DNA of 64,000 bases, taken from positions 45,555-109,554 of IMG/VR virus record IMGVR_UViG_3300020439_000003; one strand, 5' to 3'. The notes under the pieces are model-generated. The model was not told where the DNA came from. It made no database searches and was given only the letters and a program-made list of their open reading frames with translations. The translations under genes and the position numbers were made by a program. Below are positions 55,892 through 64,000 of the stretch, piece after piece; the stretch's first letter is position 1; each line of letters starts with the position of its first letter. The stretch comes from a virus.

Positions 55892-56770
55892 TCAGAACTC
55901 AGTAATGTGGTCAAGCATTTCATTCAACTCATGTCGAGCGAAATAAGGATACATCTTACCCCTAGGATTGGGGTCAATAGATTCAAATGTATTTATGATG
56001 TCAGTGTAAACCTGATCTGGGATACATGCAAAGTCAATGAGTTTACGATTACGTTCATAGTTCTGCATAGTTTTCTCATCACAGAACTCTTCGGGTGACA
56101 TGTCAATCCACCGTGCAAGTTTTACTTTACTCAGTGGACGCTGCCTCTTCTCAGAGACAAAGGTGTCATCATCAGAGAGGAAGTTAGGGATGCCATCACC
56201 ACGGTCACCCTTGATGATGTGTTCCAGAAGGTAGACCTTAGGGTCAATACCATTCATGAACTTCTTCTGGATAGGATTGTACTGATTGACAAACTTGTAG
56301 CGTTGCAACTGTACGAAGTCCTTATCACCTGACAAGATCAATACTTTCTTAGCAGGTTGCATGTTGTTCTGCAATCTGATGTTACGCATTGCTTGGTCTC
56401 TCACAAGAGATGCAATAACATCATCTGCTTCTGCACCATCAACCTCCACTACCTTGTATGGCATGTGGTCTCTGATCTCATCGCGGATCTTGTTTAGCAG
56501 TTCAAAGATCTCGTTCCAATCAAGAGAGGACTTCTGCCTGTCTTTCTTACGAGTACCTTTGTAGTATGGGAATTCTTTTCGTCGCCAGTAATGCTTACTG
56601 TCGTAACACAAAACAAGTTCGCCATATTCTGAGAAGAACTTACTACGGTAGAACCGTAGGGACTTCATCACCATGTGGCGAACCAGGGATTCACTTAGTT
56701 TGTTGTTGGTTGTAGTCAAGGATACCATCAGGTTGCTGATGCAGACCTGATTCATGTCAACAAGGATCAT
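55892..56770 (-). CDS. rnh: T4-type RNase H / 5'-3' flap nuclease
   Basis: MILVDMNQ, YWRR..FP.YK..R, EADD, SGDKDF.QL, GD.GDGIPN. Confidence 0.9.
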   Translation of the reverse strand: MILVDMNQVCISNLMVSLTTTNNKLSESLVRHMVMKSLRFYRSKFFSEYGELVLCYDSKHYWRRKEFPYYKGTRKKDRQKSSLDWNEIFELLNKIRDEIRDHMPYKVVEVDGAEADDVIASLVRDQAMRNIRLQNNMQPAKKVLILSGDKDFVQLQRYKFVNQYNPIQKKFMNGIDPKVYLLEHIIKGDRGDGIPNFLSDDDTFVSEKRQRPLSKVKLARWIDMSPEEFCDEKTMQNYERNRKLIDFACIPDQVYTDIINTFESIDPNPRGKMYPYFARHELNEMLDHITEF

Positions 56771-56774
56771 TCGA

Positions 56775-57020
56775 TCACTCTTCGTCTTCGTCGTCTAGCG
56801 TATCATAAGGTTGCTGATAACGCAAGTAGATCATGGCATCATCGGTGATCAGATCACCATCTTCATCATACATCTCAGGATGCATAACGATACGTGCATA
56901 GTCTGCACGCTCACGCCACTCATCGTAGACATCTTTCACGTTCCATACAACAATGGAACCGAGAAGGAAGGAACCAACAGTAAGGAAGAACGCAATATAA
57001 AGAAATGATGCATCTGCCAT
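56775..57020 (-). CDS. small membrane protein (DUF2973-like)
   Basis: N-terminal transmembrane helix; HPEMYD.DG. Confidence 0.65.
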   Translation of the reverse strand: MADASFLYIAFFLTVGSFLLGSIVVWNVKDVYDEWRERADYARIVMHPEMYDEDGDLITDDAMIYLRYQQPYDTLDDEDEE

Positions 57021-57044
57021 AGCAATCCTCCTATGTTTGTGTAG

Positions 57045-57416
57045 TTATTTAGTCAGTTTCTTGCGGTTCTTTGAACCAGGTTTCCGACCAGGTTTCTTTT
57101 CAGCATGATACTTCCATGCATCTTCGAGGATACTGTACAGATAGTCTCGGATCTTCCTCGCTTTTGGTTTGGGGATGTGACTGTATGCCTCTCGAAGAGT
57201 CTTGTCACCACCCTTGATATATCCTTCTAGTTCAAGGATAGTATTGTTCAATGTTGCTGCTGAGGCAGACTCAATGAACTCGTTCGTCATGCGACGAGTC
57301 CATTTATTACCGCGTAGGTATGAGTCCATCTTGAAGAGAAACTTGTGCTCAGTCATGGCAATATCTACTGCCTTGTCAACTAAGATATAGAGTTCGTCTT
57401 CGTTGGTCTGTTTCAT
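57045..57416 (-). CDS. conserved hypothetical protein
   Basis: YIKGG...LREAY.H.PKP.ARKI..YL. Confidence 0.75.
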   Translation of the reverse strand: MKQTNEDELYILVDKAVDIAMTEHKFLFKMDSYLRGNKWTRRMTNEFIESASAATLNNTILELEGYIKGGDKTLREAYSHIPKPKARKIRDYLYSILEDAWKYHAEKKPGRKPGSKNRKKLTK

Positions 57417-57667
57417 CAGAGAAATGCGCCTTCACGTAGGTACTTGATGGTTTCAGTACAACCACCCATCCTCTGTCCATTGATGAGGACCTGAGGGAAG
57501 GTAGCGCCTCCACCGAACTCGGTCTTGAATTGTTCACGAGTGAACTGTGCCCCGAGTTTGTACTCAGTATACGACCAACCACGCATTCTGTAAACCTCTT
57601 TGATCTTGATGCAATAAGGACACCCATCACGAGTGTAGATTACAGTGCCGCCAGGATTCTTTGCCAT
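57416..57667 (-). CDS. nrdC: glutaredoxin
   Basis: CPYC, TFPQV, GGC. Confidence 0.9.
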   Translation of the reverse strand: MAKNPGGTVIYTRDGCPYCIKIKEVYRMRGWSYTEYKLGAQFTREQFKTEFGGGATFPQVLINGQRMGGCTETIKYLREGAFL

Positions 57668-57683
57668 GATAATTTATAGGATG

Positions 57684-57707
57684 AAAAAAGGGAGCGAATG
57701 CTCCCTT
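57684..57707 (-). terminator. rho-independent terminator
   Basis: AAGGGAGC-ATTC-GCTCCCTT followed by a T run on the minus strand. Confidence 0.8.
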
Positions 57708-57735
57708 GTATATATTATATTGTATCTACGTTGGA

Positions 57736-58113
57736 TCAGAAGGCGTACTTCACACCCAATTTACCGCCGTAACCACGGTCCACGTCGCTGTCGCCAGAAC
57801 CTTGGAAGGAGACCTCACCATAGACACCCAGTGCCTCGGTAGCAGCAACGGAGATACCTGCCTTACCAGAAGGAACAGTGTCATCAGCAGCACCGTCAGG
57901 AGCGACGTAGCTAGCACCACCTTGTACGTACCATGCAGCAGACTCGCCGAGGGCACCCTCGTAGCCTACGTGGAAATCAGTCGTGGCACCAGTGTAATCC
58001 GTGCCCGTCCAACCTGCATTGGTTTCCACGTTCACGTAGGGTCCTGCAAGGGCAGCACCAGGAGCAGCGAAAGCAGCAGCAGCAGCGGCGGCAGCGAAAG
58101 CAGTTTTGATCAT
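57736..58113 (-). CDS. small outer-membrane beta-barrel protein
   Basis: Ala-rich signal peptide, alternating beta strands, C-terminal KLGVKYAF (terminal Phe). Confidence 0.7.
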   Translation of the reverse strand: MIKTAFAAAAAAAAFAAPGAALAGPYVNVETNAGWTGTDYTGATTDFHVGYEGALGESAAWYVQGGASYVAPDGAADDTVPSGKAGISVAATEALGVYGEVSFQGSGDSDVDRGYGGKLGVKYAF

Positions 58114-58139
58114 TTGTTGTTTACCTTTAAGTATGTTTA

Positions 58140-58229
58140 CTCATGGAGTTTAACCCATGGATGGCAGAGGACTCGACATGTCCTCGTCTTTGTTACAGAT
58201 CGTTACGCGCATAACGATCTTTATTTATA
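58140..58229 (-). ncRNA. structured 5' leader (three hairpins) downstream of a late promoter
   Basis: TATAAATA at 58222-58229, then stems AGATCGTTA/TAACGATCT, GAGGAC/GTCCTC and CATGG/CCATG. Confidence 0.5.
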
Positions 58230-58311
58230 CACTTTTGTTCTCAAAAATGCACACCCTTGTGACAGTTGAGACTCAGATATACTTAGTAACAAGTACATCC
58301 GAATTGTGACA

Positions 58312-58614
58312 TTAGTCCTTGTTCAGGTAGTCACGGATGTCGTCGGCAACCTGCTCGGAAACAGGTGCCTCAGGGGTCTCAGCAGGAAGGATTTGGATCT
58401 CTTCTGACTGAGGAGGTAATTCTACCTCCTTCATGTCAATCCTGTCAAGCTCTCCTCTCCAACCATGATAGTATTTCTTCATCGCTTTGAGCATCTTGCG
58501 CTTACCACGAGGGTCATGCTCGTATTTTTCCAGCACTTTTCTCAGTGCGTTCATGCGTCTGGCAGAGTGCATAAGACTTCTGTCAGCAGCAGAGTTGCCA
58601 AATCCTTGACTCAT
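58312..58614 (-). CDS. hypothetical protein
   Basis: 100-aa ORF, ATGA-coupled. Confidence 0.7.
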   Translation of the reverse strand: MSQGFGNSAADRSLMHSARRMNALRKVLEKYEHDPRGKRKMLKAMKKYYHGWRGELDRIDMKEVELPPQSEEIQILPAETPEAPVSEQVADDIRDYLNKD

Positions 58615-61600
58615 TCTACTTCGTCGATAATAATTTTGAACTTAACTCGATCAACCTTACCACCTGTCTGACACATATACCAGATGTTTGAATCTCTGTT
58701 GTGTGACTCTTGGTAGAAGATTTCACGAGGTGTGTACCTATCCTCGCTAAACTTACGAGCAGTACGATCACTCATACCGATAGTTGTTACGTCAATTTCC
58801 TTAGGAAGAGGAACATTAGCACCAGCATCCCTAGGGAAATAAGGAGTGACAGAACCGTTTGAGTTCTGGTACTTAGGTTTCTTCGGTTGTTCAGGTGGCC
58901 ATACCATTTCAAACTCTTGTCCGACCTGATATGCCTGACCACGATCAACGATGTCGAATACTTCCACGGCACACCCCCAGTATATATTATTACCGTAGCG
59001 TGAACCACCTGTGTACCACTGATCGGGGATTGAATATGGCCAGAACGCCATCCGAATCTTTCCTAAGTTGGAGTTTTCGATTGCTCGTTCCTTGTTACCA
59101 TACTCACCTACCACATAGTCATGCATGAATGACATCTTACTGTACTGTCCATTAGATGTGATGGCAGTACCCTTAGGATGAGCACCCTGATTGCCTTGGT
59201 TGATACCCTTTGCATAGTAAGCATCAATGTCGGCAAACAAAGATGCTTCATATCCATAGGACACAGAGCGATACTGTGCGAACCAGGCATTGAAACCATG
59301 ACTATTTGATAGATGATAGTAGTTTCTCTTCAACTTGTCAACCTCTACGGCAGGGCGACAGATCAAACCACGTCCATGCTCGAACAGAGTGTTGTAGAAG
59401 ATGCCACGGACACGACCTCTGGGGTTGTTGTAGGTATACACGTTATCCCACTCACCCTGAGCGTCATGCTGGGTACTCAGGATCATACCCCATCTATCAT
59501 CTGTGCCACCCTCATAGAAACCAGGCGGTGAATTCTGTGGTGAGAACTCTGCCCAGTCATCACCACCATAATAGATGTCATCCCAGTCAGCACTCTGACC
59601 GTTACCATTATTAGTATTGACCTGACCATTGTTCCATACAGTCACAGGGTCAGTCCACTTGTCCTCACGGTGATCCCAGAGAGCAATCTTCAACTTCTTG
59701 ATCCTACCCTGATCACTGTCAGGTGAAGAAGTATTCTGTGAAGATGTTCTACCAACACCATAGGTATTGGATCGTCCTGCACCCTCACCTGCACCACCAG
59801 CGGTAGTCAAGCTGACATTCCATGGTTTCTCAAACTTGTTGTCACCAGTGTCCATGAGAATGAATCCAACCGAAGCATTACCATAGGCAGGACCACGTAG
59901 AGGACCATCAATTATAAATTTAAGTTCATCACCTTCGGAAATGGAGAAGGAAGCAAGATCAACACCAACGTTCGGCCAATCTCCGATGTCTAACTGGCGA
60001 TTAACTATATCAACATTGTTCTTTTGCAACCTGTATCTGAACTTGATGTCCATGGATTCAGGTGCATTGATGAAGGAACCGAATGCTTTTAACTTAAACG
60101 ATGCAGACTTGTATGCTTTGATGGTTTGGGTCTTGTTGACCTCAACCAAGTATTCACCATCACACTTACCAACGTTTGAGTTCTTAAACTTGTTGATCTT
60201 GTTTTCGGGTACAGGTTTACCACAACCAGCACGAGTCGTGGTTACATCAGCAAAGTAACCATCGAAGTTGGGATTAGAACACTGTTCCTTGACGATGATA
60301 TCCATCATCACTTTCTCTGGTGATGGTTGATCAAACACATAGCATTCGATGCCATCATATTTGTAGTCACCACCAGGTTGCAGCATCTCGTAGTAGATCT
60401 TGAAGTCATCGTAATCATCATCACCATTCAACAGATCTTCCCACCACTGCCAGTTATTACTCTTGAACTTTACCTTAGATGTAGAGGCAGATCCCTGAGA
60501 TTCTGTCGGGTTCATCTTCCTATTAGAGAAGAACACCCATCCATTTTCTGTGGATGCACTGTGCTTGTATCCCCGACTCTGTGAATTGAATGTAATTGAC
60601 TGACCATTACTGACGCCACCATTACCATCAGGAATCAAGAAGAATACAATGTCCTTATGTGGATACTGTTGCAACGTGCTGAGTTCAATTCTGAACTGCG
60701 TGGTCTCGATATCTCTGGTGGTATTTGCTTCAATAACTTTTGCCCAATGAATAGTTTCACCATCTCTATCAGCAATAGCAACACCCCAGGAGTTCTCATA
60801 CCCAGCGTTACCTTTGATGACGTTGTAGGAGATTACAATAGGTGATATAGGGTTAGCAGCAATCCTATATGCAAGACGTGATGGATCATAGCGAAGTGGT
60901 TTCTGTGGGTTTGCTTGCAGAACCGTGCTGTACTTGTGGTCAGTTCCAACCCCGAGAGCATTGCTTTCTCTCTGCCTACTACCAATGTTTACAGTGGCAT
61001 TACAATCATTACCATGACCATCACGTAGACACAGAGACTTGTTACCGTTCTGACGAACTGCATTGAACTTGATACCACCAACAGGGTAGGTCTGACCACC
61101 AGTGACAGTGATGTAACCTGATCCAGATCCTCTTCTACCTTCTCTCTGGATAGAGTAACCTGCCACAGTTAGATTATCAAATGCTGTACCAGCAGTGCTG
61201 GGGTTATCGTTCCATTTAACTTCAATCTTTAATTTAACACTACCACTACCAGTAACTACCAGTTGATTAGCACTATTGAACTCAGCAGTTACCTCTTCTG
61301 CTTCTCCACGTCGCACATACTCATGTAGTTCCTGAACTTCCTCGTTAGGTAACAGATAGTTTACTGCCTTAGCAGCATTCTTAAATGCATAACCTAGGAG
61401 ATTACCCTCAGTGTATCCATATTGATTGATGTATGCACGGATACCCTCACCAGGACCATCAGGTTTACCTGGGTTGATTGTCAAGAGAGTGTCTTGGAGA
61501 CTGCTGGAATAGAACCTATACAGAGGCACAGCACCGTCCTCTGGTGCCGCCATGATATAGAAGGCAGGAGTGTTGCTGACCAGGGTGTAACCAGGGTCAG

Positions 61601-63107
61601 GGGTGGTGCTGAGACCGTATCTGTGATCGTTTGCACCAGGTCCAGTGACCTCCAACTCAACAGTCAGGTCACGCTTACCAGCGTTCCATGTGTGAGTGGT
61701 CTTGGTGCCAGGAGAGGGCAGAGAACCCGACCAGGAGTCGATCCACCACTCGGAGTCATATTCATTACCATCAAGCACACCACGGCACTTGAAGGTCACT
61801 GAGGCACCGCCTAGGGAGACTGTACGAGTCTGGATGTTACTGCTATTGAAATACTTGTTGCCTGCTTCACAGAATACTTTACCACCGTTGTAGTTACCAG
61901 CGATGTCAGTGGTCACAACTCTCAGGTTGTGCTTCAAGAATGAACCAGACCCATTAACGCCATTGCTGATAGGTGAGAGCATGACATTACTAGATCCAGC
62001 ACCACTGGTGTATTCATAGATGGGAACACGTTCACCTTCACAATTTTGCACACAGATCTTACCAGTCGTGCTGTTCTGTCCTCTGAAATAGAACGTATCA
62101 CAATCAGCACCTGGTGTCTTCCATGTACCAGTGATGTATGGTTTGAAGATACATTCAACTGCATCCTTCACACACTTATCCCATCCACCATCATCACCAG
62201 GGTCATCGACATCTCTACCGATGGACTTACAATATAGTTTCTTACCGTTCTCTATGATGTAGAAGATACCTTCCTCTGCCTCATCAGGTTGAGAACTGAT
62301 CTCTACGGTGCCTGCTGCCAGTCCTTCCATGACCTCTTGACAATCATCTCCACCAGGGACAGGGAACGGACCTGGGGGATATGGTATGGGTCCAACAGGA
62401 AAGATGTCACAGATAGCAAGTTCAGGAAAAAGATCACACAACCAGTCAATAGGACCGACTGGATCCAGATCAATGATAGGTTGCGTACCTGGGAAGTCAT
62501 CTGGTGTCACATCAGGCACAGGGACCGATGGATAACAACGGTCTACAATCTGTCTGATGACCTCACCAGGATTGATTTCAGGTGCAGGTTCGGGTTCGCC
62601 CTGGCGAGGTCTAGGAGGACCAGGAGGGCGTGGTGTTAGTGGTTGATCAGGACCATAGCAGTTCTGTACGATCTGCCTAACCAGTTCCCCTGGTGGCATG
62701 GTCGGAGGTGGTTCTGGTTCACCCTGCCTACCTCGTGGATTCTGACCAGGGATTGGAGAGTCTGGACTCAGGGCAGGACCATCACCGTTATAGCAGTTGT
62801 CTACTACTGCACGGATGGTATCAGCAGCAGTAGCAGCAGGCAGAGGCGTACTGTCATCGATGGTAGGTGGTCTAGGGATGCTGACCCTAGGACTACCAGA
62901 TGCGTCTGGTGTGTTGTTAACAATAGGAACATCCGCCGCATAGCAGTTACCTACTGTGAGACGGATGTTAGCACCAGGATTAACGGGTGCAGGGGGTGGA
63001 GTATCACCCTGCCTGCTCCTCACGTATTGGTTTCCAGCAGGATTCGTGCTGCTAGGGAGCAGTGGAATGCCACTATCGCCAGAATAACAAGGGTTGCCCG
63101 CTACCAT
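58611..63107 (-). CDS. large virion structural protein with Pro-rich repeats and a DUF4114-like motif
   Basis: 1498 aa; N-terminal Pro-rich repeats ending in CY; AVPLYRFYS; WEDLLNGDDDYDD; AATAAATA upstream. Confidence 0.75.
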   Translation of the reverse strand: MVAGNPCYSGDSGIPLLPSSTNPAGNQYVRSRQGDTPPPAPVNPGANIRLTVGNCYAADVPIVNNTPDASGSPRVSIPRPPTIDDSTPLPAATAADTIRAVVDNCYNGDGPALSPDSPIPGQNPRGRQGEPEPPPTMPPGELVRQIVQNCYGPDQPLTPRPPGPPRPRQGEPEPAPEINPGEVIRQIVDRCYPSVPVPDVTPDDFPGTQPIIDLDPVGPIDWLCDLFPELAICDIFPVGPIPYPPGPFPVPGGDDCQEVMEGLAAGTVEISSQPDEAEEGIFYIIENGKKLYCKSIGRDVDDPGDDGGWDKCVKDAVECIFKPYITGTWKTPGADCDTFYFRGQNSTTGKICVQNCEGERVPIYEYTSGAGSSNVMLSPISNGVNGSGSFLKHNLRVVTTDIAGNYNGGKVFCEAGNKYFNSSNIQTRTVSLGGASVTFKCRGVLDGNEYDSEWWIDSWSGSLPSPGTKTTHTWNAGKRDLTVELEVTGPGANDHRYGLSTTPDPGYTLVSNTPAFYIMAAPEDGAVPLYRFYSSSLQDTLLTINPGKPDGPGEGIRAYINQYGYTEGNLLGYAFKNAAKAVNYLLPNEEVQELHEYVRRGEAEEVTAEFNSANQLVVTGSGSVKLKIEVKWNDNPSTAGTAFDNLTVAGYSIQREGRRGSGSGYITVTGGQTYPVGGIKFNAVRQNGNKSLCLRDGHGNDCNATVNIGSRQRESNALGVGTDHKYSTVLQANPQKPLRYDPSRLAYRIAANPISPIVISYNVIKGNAGYENSWGVAIADRDGETIHWAKVIEANTTRDIETTQFRIELSTLQQYPHKDIVFFLIPDGNGGVSNGQSITFNSQSRGYKHSASTENGWVFFSNRKMNPTESQGSASTSKVKFKSNNWQWWEDLLNGDDDYDDFKIYYEMLQPGGDYKYDGIECYVFDQPSPEKVMMDIIVKEQCSNPNFDGYFADVTTTRAGCGKPVPENKINKFKNSNVGKCDGEYLVEVNKTQTIKAYKSASFKLKAFGSFINAPESMDIKFRYRLQKNNVDIVNRQLDIGDWPNVGVDLASFSISEGDELKFIIDGPLRGPAYGNASVGFILMDTGDNKFEKPWNVSLTTAGGAGEGAGRSNTYGVGRTSSQNTSSPDSDQGRIKKLKIALWDHREDKWTDPVTVWNNGQVNTNNGNGQSADWDDIYYGGDDWAEFSPQNSPPGFYEGGTDDRWGMILSTQHDAQGEWDNVYTYNNPRGRVRGIFYNTLFEHGRGLICRPAVEVDKLKRNYYHLSNSHGFNAWFAQYRSVSYGYEASLFADIDAYYAKGINQGNQGAHPKGTAITSNGQYSKMSFMHDYVVGEYGNKERAIENSNLGKIRMAFWPYSIPDQWYTGGSRYGNNIYWGCAVEVFDIVDRGQAYQVGQEFEMVWPPEQPKKPKYQNSNGSVTPYFPRDAGANVPLPKEIDVTTIGMSDRTARKFSEDRYTPREIFYQESHNRDSNIWYMCQTGGKVDRVKFKIIIDEVE

Positions 63108-63115
63108 GTATAAAA

Positions 63116-63796
63116 TTACTTATCGATATATTTATTCTCTTCCAACCACTGCCTCGTCAGAGGTGTGGGTTCATAGTCTTCCCACATCTTACCACGAGCA
63201 CAGGACTCCAATGCTTTCTGAGTCATACCTTCGGTCTTACCTGCCCAGGTTGCTTCCTTCTCCCATGGTTGTGCTTCTGGTGGATAGGTGCGACGCACCA
63301 TCTCTTGCCAGATCTCAGGCACATCTTCTTCTGGTTTGATGATAGCAATCATGTTGTTCTCAATAGTACCTGCCATACAATCTTGTGCAGCGTGCCATCC
63401 TTCATGTCGCACAACACTCATCAACACATGTGGTCGATACATGTATGCACGATTGAGATAGAAATGATTACTCACAGTATGGTAGACACCACGATGACCA
63501 ACTGGGAAATACCTCTCATCAGCAAGATACACATTCACACCAATGTTCTTGAATGCAATCATAATAAAATCAAACTCTTCCTTGACTGCATTCCAATTTG
63601 AATCAGGATATGCATGTTCAAGATCAATAGATGAATTGATGCGGTGTACATCTTTTGTGCATTCTTTCAGCAGCATACAACCCATGGCATCCATGGAGTA
63701 GTAACCTTTGGTGATCTTTTCTTCACCTGCTGACACTGGAACAGTCATACCATGTGCTGCCCCCAACAAGAGACCAGCGATAATATATCTGAACAT
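63116..63796 (-). CDS. putative secreted HExxH metallopeptidase-like protein
   Basis: Signal-like N-terminus; RHEGWHAAQDC...WEKEA. Confidence 0.65.
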   Translation of the reverse strand: MFRYIIAGLLLGAAHGMTVPVSAGEEKITKGYYSMDAMGCMLLKECTKDVHRINSSIDLEHAYPDSNWNAVKEEFDFIMIAFKNIGVNVYLADERYFPVGHRGVYHTVSNHFYLNRAYMYRPHVLMSVVRHEGWHAAQDCMAGTIENNMIAIIKPEEDVPEIWQEMVRRTYPPEAQPWEKEATWAGKTEGMTQKALESCARGKMWEDYEPTPLTRQWLEENKYIDK

Positions 63797-63820
63797 AAAA
63801 ATAGGGGTCATAAGACCCCA
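63797..63820 (-). terminator. terminator downstream of psbA
   Basis: GGGGTC-TTAT-GACCCC-TATTTTT. Confidence 0.75.
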
Positions 63821-63883
63821 GAAGTATAGCACTTGACTTGGATTTTGCCAAGTCAATTTAGCGGCGACGATATCAATTATTTA

Positions 63884-64000
<117 letters not shown>

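Overview
This is a 64 kb segment of a T4-like marine cyanophage (cyanomyovirus) genome, almost entirely coded on the minus strand. The host is probably Synechococcus, judging from the long psbA C-terminal extension, cpeT and cp12. From right to left the window holds: the 3' end of psbA; a 1498-aa virion protein; a replication and metabolism block (nrdC, rnh, thyX, phoH, exonuclease, gp33, gp32); a baseplate and tail block (gp53, gp48, gp4, gp2, tube-like, gp26, gp51, two tape-measure-like proteins, gp27-like, cp12, cpeT, gp5); tail-fibre and adhesin genes; and an early accessory region. The most striking feature is 13 Fe(II)/2-oxoglutarate oxygenase genes from four subfamilies plus a flavin-dependent halogenase. 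Seven of the oxygenases and the halogenase are packed directly downstream of a glycine-rich fibre module, which suggests a phage-encoded protein-tailoring system. Other notable items are a 22-bp palindrome that sits about 30 bp upstream of early -10 boxes and often contains the previous gene's stop codon, a candidate replication origin near 4.2-4.45 kb, an orphan restriction-like nuclease, orphan antitoxin-like genes and a structured leader RNA. All calls come from motif recognition by eye; no database searches were run.
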